NCBI GenBank assembly: GCA_046093685.1
Contig: JBJTFZ010000180.1
Location: 1-37,834, forward strand
Source: a bacterium
Lineage (GTDB): Bacteria; Bacteroidota; Ignavibacteria; Kapaibacteriales; UBA961
Direction: 5' to 3'
DNA: 37,834 nt
In this document: in pieces, positions 16,518 to 26,304 of the stretch
Position numbering within the stretch: position 1 is the stretch's first letter
Layout of the letters: the number at the start of each line of letters is the position of its first letter
Notes under the pieces: generated by a model
Database searches by the model: none
What the model saw: only the letters and a program-made list of their open reading frames with translations
What the model was told of the DNA's origin: nothing
Made by a program: the position numbers and the translations under genes

Positions 16518-19500
16518 AACTTTCCTCAATCAGTATACAAAGACCTGTACTCAGCATTGTGATGTCCATCATTATTGTGCTTTTCGGAATCATAGGCTAC
16601 ACCTATTTGGGTATTCGCGAATTCCCTGCTATTGATCCACCGGTCATCACGGTGAATGCGGCATATCCGGGAGCAAATGCAGATGTGATTGAATCAAAGA
16701 TCACAGAAATTCTTGAAGAGTCCATCAATGGCATCGCAGGAATCACTTCATTGACTTCCATCAGTCGTGATGGTGCAAGTACGATCACGGTGGAATTTTC
16801 GCTGGACAGTGATTTGGAAACATCGGCAAATGATGTTCGCGATCGCGTGGCCCGCGTGCAAAGACAATTACCCGCAGACATGGATCCCCCGGCGGTATCA
16901 AAAGCAGATGCAAATTCAGATGCAATACTCGTGGTGACCGTGCAGAGTGAAGAAAGGAATCTTCTTGAGATTTCCGATATCGCGGCGAATACCATCAAAA
17001 AACAATTACAGACAATTCCCGGTGTTTCCGAAATCAGAATTTGGGGTGAAAGAAAATATTCCATGCGATTGTGGATGGATCCCTTAAAATTATCAGCCTA
17101 TGGTCTAACACCGCTCGACATAAAATCCGCTCTGGACAGAGAAAATGTGGAATTACCTTCAGGAAGCGTCGAAGGAAATACAACCGAGGTGACCGTAAGA
17201 ACATTGGGTCGATTTTCAACGGAAGAAGATTTCAATGATTTGATCATTCGCTCCATCGATGGTCGCATGATTCGTTTTTCTGATATCGGAATTGCCAAGC
17301 TCGAAGCAGAAAACATCAAAACAATATTACGAACGGATGGGAAACCGATGTTTGGAGTGGCCATCACCCCTCAACCCGGTTCGAATCATATTGCAATTGC
17401 AAAAGAATTTTACAAAAGAGTGGAGCAGATTACAAAAGAATTGCCCGACGATGTACGATTGAAGGTGATTTTAGATACAACTGTTTCAATCAAAGATTCA
17501 CTCAAAGAAGTGCTTGAAACTCTGATCATTGCATTCATTCTTGTGGTGATGATTCTTTTCTTGTTTTTGCGGGATTGGCGAACCACAATCATTCCTGTGA
17601 TTGCCATTCCAATTTCACTGATCGGTACATTTTTTCTGATGTATGTATTGGATTATTCCATCAATGTATTGACATTGCTCGGAATAGTTCTTGCCACCGG
17701 ACTCGTCGTTGACGATGCGATCGTTGTGCTTGAAAATATCTTTGCAAAAACCGAAGAAGGAATGAACCCCGTAAAAGCAGCACATGAAGGTTCAAAAGAA
17801 ATATTTTTTGCGGTACTATCCACAACAATAACTCTGGCAGCTGTTTTTCTTCCCATCATATTTCTACAAGGTTTGACGGGAAGGCTGTTTCGAGAATTCG
17901 GAATAGTGATAGCAGGCTCAGTATTGATATCCGCATTTGTGTCACTAACACTGACACCAATGATGAGTAGCCGTTTCATCAAAACACATCAATCTCATGG
18001 CGCCATATACAAAAGCATTGAAGGATTTCTCAATCGCCTGCTCAACACATATCGTCGCTCACTGCAAGTATTCATAAGCAATCCACTACCCTCTTTGATT
18101 GTCACCATCATTTCATTTGGTATGATTTGGTTTTTTGGCAAGACATTAAGTTCCGAGATAGCACCATTGCAAGATAAAAGTCGAATGCGTGTGAGTGCCA
18201 CAGCGCATGAAGGTGCAACATTTGAATATATGGACGGCTATGTTTCAACAATTTCCAAATTATTGAAAGACTCGGTGCCTGAAGTTCAATCGCTATTGAC
18301 CGTTACCTCACCTAGTTTTGGAACAAGTTCCACAAACACTGCTTTCGTAAGACTATTTCTCTCAGATCCAGAACAAAGGAAGCGCTCCCAAATGGAGATT
18401 GGTGATTATGTGACCCAACTTGTGAAAGAATTACCTCAAGCAAAAGGATTGGTGATTCAAGAACAAACCATTTCAACCGGTGGTGCGGGCATTGGTGGAT
18501 TACCCGTACAATTTGTCATTCAGGCAACGGACATAGAAAAAATTAGAACTGTTCTTCCCAAATTCTTGGATGAAGCTGCAAAGAATCCTGCATTTGCAGT
18601 TGTGGATGTGAATCTGAAATTCACCAAACCTGAATTGCGTCTCGGAATAGATCGAAATAAGGCAAGGAGTCTTGGAGTGAACACCGCAGATATTTCACAA
18701 ACATTGCAATTTGCCTTGGCAGGACAGCGCTATGGATATTTCGTGAAGGATGGCAGACAATATCAGGTGATAGGTCAGGCACAACGATATGACAGAAATG
18801 ATGTGTCCGACATTAAATCAATGTATGTACGCTCTGCAAACAATACGCTGATTCAATTGGACAATGTTGTGAATTTTGAAGAAAGCAGTGCGCCACCATC
18901 AGTATATCACTATAATCGCGCAGTGTCCGCTACAGTGTCAGCGGGTCTTGCACCCGGATATACAATTGGAGATGGAATACAGGCAATGAGAGAGATTTCG
19001 AACAATGTTCTAGATCCATCCTATAGTACTGCATTGACCGGAACATCAAAAGACTTCGAAGAAAGTTCTTCTAGTTTGCTCTTTGCTTTTGTCCTTGCAT
19101 TGTTGTTGATTTATCTTGTTCTTGCTGCACAATTCGAAAGTTTTCTCGACCCACTCATCATATTGTTATGTGTTCCAATGGCCTTGGCCGGTGCAATGTT
19201 CACACTTTGGTATTTCAATCAAACGCTGAATATTTTCAGTCAAATCGGGATAATCATGCTCATCGGACTCGTGACGAAGAATGCGATTCTCATTATTGAA
19301 TTCGCACATCAAAGAGAAAAAGAGTTGCCTGCTTTTGATGCGGTAATCGATGCTGCCACAAGCAGATTCCGTCCGATTCTCATGACATCCCTCGCAACGA
19401 TTCTCGGAGTTTTGCCAATCGCATTGGCCATTGGCGGAGGGTCGGAAAGTAGAATTTCCATGGGTATCGCAGTTGTCGGCGGACTTATCTTTTCACTCAT

Positions 19501-19570
19501 CCTCACATTGTATACCATACCCGGTTTCTTTGTGATGGCATCGAAGATTGGGAGAAGAAGATCATCGTGA
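16514..19570 (+). CDS. RND efflux transporter permease subunit (AcrB/HAE-type)
   Basis: MKLSSISIQRPVLSIVMSIIIVLFGIIGYTYLGIREFPAIDPPVITV is a canonical RND N-terminus. The protein is 1018 aa with 12 TM segments in two halves and large periplasmic loops. The ATG at 16514 overlaps the tcdA TGA (ATGA). The track start at 16454 is an unlikely extension. Confidence 0.92.
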   Translation: MKLSSISIQRPVLSIVMSIIIVLFGIIGYTYLGIREFPAIDPPVITVNAAYPGANADVIESKITEILEESINGIAGITSLTSISRDGASTITVEFSLDSDLETSANDVRDRVARVQRQLPADMDPPAVSKADANSDAILVVTVQSEERNLLEISDIAANTIKKQLQTIPGVSEIRIWGERKYSMRLWMDPLKLSAYGLTPLDIKSALDRENVELPSGSVEGNTTEVTVRTLGRFSTEEDFNDLIIRSIDGRMIRFSDIGIAKLEAENIKTILRTDGKPMFGVAITPQPGSNHIAIAKEFYKRVEQITKELPDDVRLKVILDTTVSIKDSLKEVLETLIIAFILVVMILFLFLRDWRTTIIPVIAIPISLIGTFFLMYVLDYSINVLTLLGIVLATGLVVDDAIVVLENIFAKTEEGMNPVKAAHEGSKEIFFAVLSTTITLAAVFLPIIFLQGLTGRLFREFGIVIAGSVLISAFVSLTLTPMMSSRFIKTHQSHGAIYKSIEGFLNRLLNTYRRSLQVFISNPLPSLIVTIISFGMIWFFGKTLSSEIAPLQDKSRMRVSATAHEGATFEYMDGYVSTISKLLKDSVPEVQSLLTVTSPSFGTSSTNTAFVRLFLSDPEQRKRSQMEIGDYVTQLVKELPQAKGLVIQEQTISTGGAGIGGLPVQFVIQATDIEKIRTVLPKFLDEAAKNPAFAVVDVNLKFTKPELRLGIDRNKARSLGVNTADISQTLQFALAGQRYGYFVKDGRQYQVIGQAQRYDRNDVSDIKSMYVRSANNTLIQLDNVVNFEESSAPPSVYHYNRAVSATVSAGLAPGYTIGDGIQAMREISNNVLDPSYSTALTGTSKDFEESSSSLLFAFVLALLLIYLVLAAQFESFLDPLIILLCVPMALAGAMFTLWYFNQTLNIFSQIGIIMLIGLVTKNAILIIEFAHQREKELPAFDAVIDAATSRFRPILMTSLATILGVLPIALAIGGGSESRISMGIAVVGGLIFSLILTLYTIPGFFVMASKIGRRRSS

Positions 19571-19572
19571 AC

Positions 19573-21279
19573 ATGCATACAAGATTCATATTCGGCATTC
19601 TAACCGTTATTGCAATGTTCATTGTAATATGCAATCCTGCTCATGCGCATTCAGCCAAAGCAAAAAGAGGAATGGTTGTCTCCGTTTCTTCTATTGCATC
19701 AAAAGTTGGCACTTCCATTTTGAAGAAAGGAGGAAATGCGATTGATGCAGCAGTGGCCACCGGTTTTGCTCTTGCCGTCACATATCCCGGAGCAGGCAAT
19801 ATCGGTGGTGGCGGATTTTTGATTGCCCAACTCAAAAATGGACAATCCATTGCGATTGATTTTCGTGAAAAAGCGCCGAAGAAATCACATACAACAATGT
19901 ATCTGGATGCAAAGGGGAATGTGATGAATGAGAAAATCCGTGAGGGAGCATTATCATGCGGTGTTCCGGGTTCCGTTGCCGGTTTATTGGATGCACTCGC
20001 AGAATATGGCACCATGTCAATCAAAGATGTGCTGGCACCCGCTATATCTTTGGCAGAAAATGGATTTATCCTTGATAAATCCATGATACAGCAATTTGAA
20101 AAAGACATGCCATTGTTCCGAAAATTCTCATCGACAATGAAAGTGATGACAAAGAATGGGATACCCTACAAGGTAGGAGATCGATGGAAACAGCCCGATC
20201 TTGCCCGAACATTGAAACTCATTGCAGAAAAAGGAAAGGATGGCTTTTACAAGGGTGAAATTCCGCGCTTGGTAGCCAAAGCCATGAGCAAAAACGGCGG
20301 GATCATGTCCGAGCAGGATTTCTTGGAATATACAGCAGTCAAACGGCAAGTGGTCAAAGGTTCGTATAAAGGTTATGATGTCATCAGCATGTGTCCACCT
20401 AGTTCAGGTGGAATCGCTTTGATGCAAATGCTCAATATTTTGAATCGCTATTCCTTCAAAAAAAACGAATGGCATTCTCCAAGGCATGCACATGCCTTAC
20501 TTTCGGCAATGAAGTTCGCCTATGCAGACAGAACGGTACATCTTGGTGATCCGGATTTCACGAATATTCCTTACTCGATGTTATTGTCTCAGCGATATGC
20601 GGACAAACTCGCTTCAAGAATACCACAGCAAAGTGCAATTCCATCATCTGCGATACAAGCAGGAGATCCCAAAACATTTGCAAAAGAAAGTGATCAAACC
20701 ACACATTATTCGGTGATTGATTCCTCCGGAAATGCGGTGAGCGTCACCACGACCATCAATTCGTGGTTTGGTTCGGGATTCATTGCGGAGGGAACAGGTT
20801 TTTTCCTCAATAATGAAATGGATGATTTTTCCGCGAAGCCAAATACTCCAAATCAATTTGGCGTGATGGGTGGCACTGCAAATGCCATCCAACCGGGAAA
20901 GAGAATGCTTTCCAGCATGACTCCCACGATAGTACTCAGAAATGGCAAACCACGGTTGATTCTTGGTGCGCCGGGCGGGTCCACCATCATCACCACCGTC
21001 CTCCATATTCTTACAAATTGTCTGGATTTCGGGATGCCCATTTCCAAAGCCGTCCAAGCACCCAGATTCCATCATCAATGGATGCCGGACAAAATTGATT
21101 ATGAAGAAGGCGCATTCACCCCCGAAACCATGAAAAGCCTTCAACAGATGGGCTATGCTTTTGGTCAAAAACGAGTGATTGGAATAGCAGAATGTATAGC
21201 GGTGAATCCCTGGGAAGGAGTTATTTTAGGGGCATCGGATACTCGACATCATAGCAATGGAACAGCCGAGGGTTGGTGA
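19573..21279 (+). CDS. ggt: Gamma-glutamyltranspeptidase
   Basis: Signal peptide, then the autoprocessing/nucleophile site QTTHYSVIDSSGNAVSVTTTINSWFGSG, and GAPGGSTIITTV. An alternative GTG start at 19567 overlaps the RND stop (GTGA). Confidence 0.92.
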   Translation: MHTRFIFGILTVIAMFIVICNPAHAHSAKAKRGMVVSVSSIASKVGTSILKKGGNAIDAAVATGFALAVTYPGAGNIGGGGFLIAQLKNGQSIAIDFREKAPKKSHTTMYLDAKGNVMNEKIREGALSCGVPGSVAGLLDALAEYGTMSIKDVLAPAISLAENGFILDKSMIQQFEKDMPLFRKFSSTMKVMTKNGIPYKVGDRWKQPDLARTLKLIAEKGKDGFYKGEIPRLVAKAMSKNGGIMSEQDFLEYTAVKRQVVKGSYKGYDVISMCPPSSGGIALMQMLNILNRYSFKKNEWHSPRHAHALLSAMKFAYADRTVHLGDPDFTNIPYSMLLSQRYADKLASRIPQQSAIPSSAIQAGDPKTFAKESDQTTHYSVIDSSGNAVSVTTTINSWFGSGFIAEGTGFFLNNEMDDFSAKPNTPNQFGVMGGTANAIQPGKRMLSSMTPTIVLRNGKPRLILGAPGGSTIITTVLHILTNCLDFGMPISKAVQAPRFHHQWMPDKIDYEEGAFTPETMKSLQQMGYAFGQKRVIGIAECIAVNPWEGVILGASDTRHHSNGTAEGW

Positions 21280-21343
21280 CATCGATTCCGTTTACGAAAC
21301 AATTTTTCTTCGAAAGCATCCCACAGCATTCATATAGATACAC

Positions 21344-22327
21344 ATGAGCAATCAATCTGAACTGGCTTCCGTTCAATCAATGGCCGAAGCAAGCAAAAGC
21401 ATACAAAGAGAAATTTCAAAAGCAATCATTGGTCAGCACGACATCATAGAGCAATTGCTGATTTCATTATTCTCTCGCGGACATTGTCTTTTGGTTGGAG
21501 TTCCGGGGCTTGCAAAAACCCTGCTCATCAGAACATTGTCAAAATCTTTGAATTTATCCTTCAATCGCATTCAATTCACACCGGATCTCATGCCGAGCGA
21601 TATCACTGGCACTGAAGTGATTGAAGACGATATGTCAACCGGAAAAAAACAGTTTCGTTTCGTGAAGGGACCTATATTCTCCAATATCGTTCTTGCCGAC
21701 GAAATCAATCGAACACCACCAAAAACACAAGCTGCTTTATTGGAAGCCATGCAAGAACATTCGGTGACCAATGGTGGCAAGACTTATCATTTGGAACAAC
21801 CGTTCTTTGTTCTTGCAACCCAAAATCCAATTGAACAAGAAGGAACTTATCCTTTGCCCGAGGCACAGTTGGATCGCTTCATGTTTAATCTATGGTTGGA
21901 TTATCCTTCCGAAACAGAAGAAGCGGAAATCGTGAAATCAACGACAACTGAAATCGAACCTGAAATCAAACCTATTTTGTCTGCACAAGACATCATTCAT
22001 TTTCAAGACATCGCAAGAAAAATTCCCGTTGCGGATAATGTGGTCAACTATGCCGTTTCACTCGTGAGAGCGACGCGCCCACAAACTTCTTCTTCAAAGT
22101 CAGTCAAAGATCTCCTTAGTTATGGGGCAGGTCCGAGGGCTTCACAATATCTTGTTTTGGGGGCAAAAACTCGTGCTGCACTGCGTGGTGCATTCACACC
22201 TGAGATAGAAGATGTTCGTGCGGTGGCTGAACCCGTTTTGCGTCATCGCATCATTACGAATTTTAGCGCAGAAGCTGATAATATCACGCCTTCGCATATC
22301 ATCTCCATGCTTCTGAAGGAATTGTAA
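21344..22327 (+). CDS. MoxR-family AAA+ ATPase
   Basis: Walker A LVGVPGLAKT, Walker B VLADEINRTPPKTQAALLEAMQE, and ATQNPIEQEGTYPLPEAQLDRF, which is typical of the MoxR/AAA_3 group. Confidence 0.9.
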   Translation: MSNQSELASVQSMAEASKSIQREISKAIIGQHDIIEQLLISLFSRGHCLLVGVPGLAKTLLIRTLSKSLNLSFNRIQFTPDLMPSDITGTEVIEDDMSTGKKQFRFVKGPIFSNIVLADEINRTPPKTQAALLEAMQEHSVTNGGKTYHLEQPFFVLATQNPIEQEGTYPLPEAQLDRFMFNLWLDYPSETEEAEIVKSTTTEIEPEIKPILSAQDIIHFQDIARKIPVADNVVNYAVSLVRATRPQTSSSKSVKDLLSYGAGPRASQYLVLGAKTRAALRGAFTPEIEDVRAVAEPVLRHRIITNFSAEADNITPSHIISMLLKEL

Positions 22328-22385
22328 TCACTTCACATTCCATGCAAAGACCTACTCAGTCACGACATATATCACGGGTTTTCTC

Positions 22386-24131
22386 ATGAATTCATTCATG
22401 TCTCTCTTCTGCATCTTTATGGCAGTTGTACTCTCATCATGTTCATTGAACAATTCACAGCAAGCACTTCAGGAACTATTCGCAGATCATAAAGAATATT
22501 CAATGCATTCCTTCCCTGAAGGAGCCACCTATGATGGAGATCATCGTTTTGATGATAAACTCACTGATTATTCAGAGCAAGCAATCAATGCACGATATGA
22601 CTCACTGAGGATATTTGTTGAAAGGGCCGAAAACATTGATGTGAAATCATTGCAAGGAGAAGATTCATTGTCTCTCCTACTCTTCAAAACGAATCTGCAA
22701 GAACAGTTGGAGTCAGAAGAATATAAACTGCACTATATTCCACTCACCCAGCAAGACGGCATTCATATCGGGTTTCCACAAATCATTGAGTATCACCCAT
22801 TCAACACCGTAGATGATTATGACCATTATATTGCCAGATTGCATGCATTCCCACAGCAAGTGAAAGATGTGATTGCAAACATGAAAAAAGGTCTTAATGC
22901 CAAGATTGTTGCAACGCGATTTTCCATTGAACTGATAGCAGAACAGGTATATCCGTTTTTCACCAAAGATCCCGACAGCATACCCTTTGCAAAACCTCTC
23001 AGTCAGTTTCCTTCATCATTCACCGATAAGCAAAAGGATGTCATTCGAAGCAAAGTGATGTCTGCAATCAATTCGGCAATCATGCCGGCATATTCTGATT
23101 TGCACAAGTTTCTGCTTTTTGAGTATATCCAAAATGCACGCACTATTGATGGCATTCATGCATTACCCAATGGCAAGAAACTCTATAGATACATGATTCG
23201 TACTCAAACAACAATGAACATGGATCCGGATTCAATATATGCTTTGGGACTTCGAGAGGTTGAACGCATTGAAAAAGAAATGCAGGAAGTTGTCACACAG
23301 CTTGGGCATAAGCAATCTGCAGCGGAATTCAGAAAGAACTTGATACAAAATCCTTCCAACTTTTATGCAAACAAAGAACCTATGATGAATCAATATCGAA
23401 GGATATTGTCCATCGTGGATTCAAAACTCTCATCGCTTTTTGGAAGATTGCCAAAATCGAAATATGACTTGAAAGAGATTGAAGCATATAGAGCAGTATC
23501 CGCTCCCCAGGCATATTACTATTCGGCTCCACTGGACAGATCAAGACCCGGATATTTTTATGTGAACACTTATGATCTCGCATCGCGACCCAAACATACC
23601 ATGACTGCCCTTGCCTTGCATGAGGCCGTGCCCGGACATCATCTTCAAATTGCAATTGCTCAAGAATTACCGGGCCTCCCATGGTTCAGACAGCAATTGG
23701 GCATCAATGCTTTTGTTGAAGGCTGGGCTTTATATGCGGAAAGTTTGGGTCATGACATGGGATTGTACAATGATCCCCATCAACGGTTCGGTTCACTCGC
23801 TTTTGAAATGTGGCGCGCATGCAGATTGGTGATAGATGCGGGTATTCACACCGGAAAGATGAATCGAGAAGAAGGAGTGCAATTCATGATGAGATATACG
23901 GGGAATTCCGAACTTGATGCAAGATCCGAAGTTGATCGATATATCGTATGGCCGGCTCAAGCATTGTCCTATAAGCTTGGACAAATACATATCATGGCTT
24001 TGCGAAAAGAAATACAAAATACACTTGGTCCGAAATTTTCATTGAAGTCTTTTCATGATGCCCTTTTGGCACATGGTCCATTGCCCTTGAACATGCTGAG
24101 TGATCAGGTTAGAAAAACACTTATACATTGA
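22386..24131 (+). CDS. DUF885-family lipoprotein (putative metallopeptidase-like)
   Basis: Lipobox VLSSCS. Characteristic DUF885 motifs LHEAVPGHHLQ, EGWALYAE and RYIVWPAQALSYKLG. Confidence 0.8.
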   Translation: MNSFMSLFCIFMAVVLSSCSLNNSQQALQELFADHKEYSMHSFPEGATYDGDHRFDDKLTDYSEQAINARYDSLRIFVERAENIDVKSLQGEDSLSLLLFKTNLQEQLESEEYKLHYIPLTQQDGIHIGFPQIIEYHPFNTVDDYDHYIARLHAFPQQVKDVIANMKKGLNAKIVATRFSIELIAEQVYPFFTKDPDSIPFAKPLSQFPSSFTDKQKDVIRSKVMSAINSAIMPAYSDLHKFLLFEYIQNARTIDGIHALPNGKKLYRYMIRTQTTMNMDPDSIYALGLREVERIEKEMQEVVTQLGHKQSAAEFRKNLIQNPSNFYANKEPMMNQYRRILSIVDSKLSSLFGRLPKSKYDLKEIEAYRAVSAPQAYYYSAPLDRSRPGYFYVNTYDLASRPKHTMTALALHEAVPGHHLQIAIAQELPGLPWFRQQLGINAFVEGWALYAESLGHDMGLYNDPHQRFGSLAFEMWRACRLVIDAGIHTGKMNREEGVQFMMRYTGNSELDARSEVDRYIVWPAQALSYKLGQIHIMALRKEIQNTLGPKFSLKSFHDALLAHGPLPLNMLSDQVRKTLIH

Positions 24132-24141
24132 TTCCATATCC

Positions 24142-26304
24142 ATGCCTCCAACACCAAAACCAAACAAAGAATTGTCGGAAAAGATACTTGAGATTCTCAA
24201 AGCAGCAGCTCCCGAGATGATGAAACTCAATGATTTGGCAAAAGCATTGCATATCAAATCAGACAGCAAAGAATATGATGAATTGAGAATTCAACTCAAT
24301 GACATGGATCAACGCAAACAGATCTATAAGTCAACTCGAAGAAGATATGGTTTGCGACCCCTTGGGGAAATCAGCGCATTCACCGGAATATTGCGTTTTC
24401 AATATAATCGGGGGACGGTGGAAACAGGCGCAAAGGAATTTCCAATCGTATATGTTCGTGAACAAGATTTGAACACGGCACTCGATGGCGACAGAGTTCG
24501 GGTAAAATTGCTCGCACTCAAAAAAGGGAAAAAACCTTATGGCACCATCACCGAAATTCTTCAGCGCTCAGAAATGCCGATAACCGGAACCATTGATTGC
24601 GATGATGATTTTTGTTTTCTGATTCCCGATGACGGAAAATATCCTGTTGACTTTCTCATTCCCAAACGCAAGATGGGAAAAGCAATGCATGGCGATAAAG
24701 TCATTTGTCGTTTTCTTAAATGGGAAGACAGGCATAAATCACCCGAAGCAGAAATCATGGAAATTCTTGGTCGCTCAGGAGATCCAACCGTTGAGTTTGC
24801 CGGAATCATGAAGGAATTCGATTTGCCTGCATCATTTCCGGATGTGGTTGAGCAGGAAGCAAAGGCAGTTGCAATCATTCCTGATGAAGAAACACTAAAA
24901 AAGAGAAAAGATCTCCGTGACATGACCATCATCACGATTGACCCGGATGATGCCAAAGATTTCGATGATGCATTGTCATTGCAAACCTTGCCAAATGGAA
25001 ATCGAGTGCTCGGTGTTCACATTGCTGATGTCACCTCTTATGTGCAAGAAGATTCCGCATTGGACAAAGAAGCACTCAAAAGAGCGACGAGCACTTATCT
25101 CGTGGATAGAGTTGTGCCAATGCTTCCGGAATCCCTCTCAAATGTGATTTGTTCATTACAACCCGGTGTTATACGCCTTGCATATTCCGTATTCATGGAA
25201 TGCGATCATGGTGGCAATGTGGTAAAGTATGACATTCATGAGACAGTCATCAAAAGCACAAAACGATTTACTTATGCCGAAGCGCAGGAAATCATTGATA
25301 CGGGAAGCGGTGAACAGCAGGAGCTGATTCTTGAATTGCATGCTCTTGCAACTTTATTGCGCGAGAAGCGTTATCGATCGGGCGGTGTGGATTTTGTGAC
25401 TCAGGAAACAAAGTTTGTACTGGATGAGCACAAGAATCCAGTTAAGGCTTTGCTGAAATCAAGAACCGATGCCACATCACTCGTTGAAGAATGCATGCTC
25501 CTTGCAAATCAAACCGTTGCGATCGCTTTACAGGACATGAGCAAAGATGTTTTGAAAAAAGGGACATTGCCTTTCATCTACAGAGTGCATGATGAACCCG
25601 ACATGATAAAACTCAAAGGTGTTTTGGGTTTTGTGAGACAGCTTGGAATTCCCGTACCAAATGGCACTCCGAGTTCGAGTCAATTGCATGATATCTTGCA
25701 AAAGGCAGGACATCTCCCTGAGATCATGGTGATTAATCAATTCATGTTGAGATCCATGGCAAAAGCAATTTATCTCGAAGAGAATATCGGACATTATGGA
25801 TTGGGCTTCACGCATTATACCCATTTCACATCACCGATTCGGCGATATCCGGACATCATAGTTCATCGACTATTGAAAGAATACATGCGGAGCAAGCCGG
25901 CCGATAAACGATTGTATTATTTGCAAGACTATGTGGTTGAAGCCGCTTCTCATTGTTCATTGAGAGAGAGACTTGCCGTGGATGCCGAAAGAGCATCCAT
26001 CAGACTTGCCTCTTCGCAACTTGCCATGAAATACAAAGGCGGGATTTTCAATGGTAGCGTAACAGGAGTGACAAGCTTTGGACTATTCGTTCTCATGGAC
26101 GAGTTAAACATTGAAGGCCTACTTCACATGAGCGATCTCAGTGATGACTATTATTATTTTGATGAATCCCAATTTAGATTGGTTGGCAAGAAAACAAAAA
26201 AAGTGTTTCGAATTGGAACGCGATTGACGGTCAGAATCAGCAATGCAAACATAGATAAACGACAAATCGATTTGTCATTTGTGGAACAAGAAGAAAAATC
26301 ATGA
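24142..26304 (+). CDS. rnr: Ribonuclease R (RNB-family 3'-5' exoribonuclease)
   Basis: RNB motifs ITIDPDDAKDFDDALS and HYGLGFTHYTHFTSPIRRYPDIIVHR. C-terminal S1 domain GSVTGVTSFGLFV. ATG at 24142, 10 nt after the upstream stop (the track uses a GTG at 24100). Confidence 0.92.
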   Translation: MPPTPKPNKELSEKILEILKAAAPEMMKLNDLAKALHIKSDSKEYDELRIQLNDMDQRKQIYKSTRRRYGLRPLGEISAFTGILRFQYNRGTVETGAKEFPIVYVREQDLNTALDGDRVRVKLLALKKGKKPYGTITEILQRSEMPITGTIDCDDDFCFLIPDDGKYPVDFLIPKRKMGKAMHGDKVICRFLKWEDRHKSPEAEIMEILGRSGDPTVEFAGIMKEFDLPASFPDVVEQEAKAVAIIPDEETLKKRKDLRDMTIITIDPDDAKDFDDALSLQTLPNGNRVLGVHIADVTSYVQEDSALDKEALKRATSTYLVDRVVPMLPESLSNVICSLQPGVIRLAYSVFMECDHGGNVVKYDIHETVIKSTKRFTYAEAQEIIDTGSGEQQELILELHALATLLREKRYRSGGVDFVTQETKFVLDEHKNPVKALLKSRTDATSLVEECMLLANQTVAIALQDMSKDVLKKGTLPFIYRVHDEPDMIKLKGVLGFVRQLGIPVPNGTPSSSQLHDILQKAGHLPEIMVINQFMLRSMAKAIYLEENIGHYGLGFTHYTHFTSPIRRYPDIIVHRLLKEYMRSKPADKRLYYLQDYVVEAASHCSLRERLAVDAERASIRLASSQLAMKYKGGIFNGSVTGVTSFGLFVLMDELNIEGLLHMSDLSDDYYYFDESQFRLVGKKTKKVFRIGTRLTVRISNANIDKRQIDLSFVEQEEKS

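Noticed and set aside
16603-21168. Long antisense ORFs inside the RND and ggt genes (e.g. 16603-17064, 17653-17982, 19641-20108, 20644-21168; up to 174 aa)
   Set aside because: They are fully embedded opposite strongly motif-supported genes, and their translations are low-complexity with no family resemblance. This is typical of antisense frames of long conserved genes.
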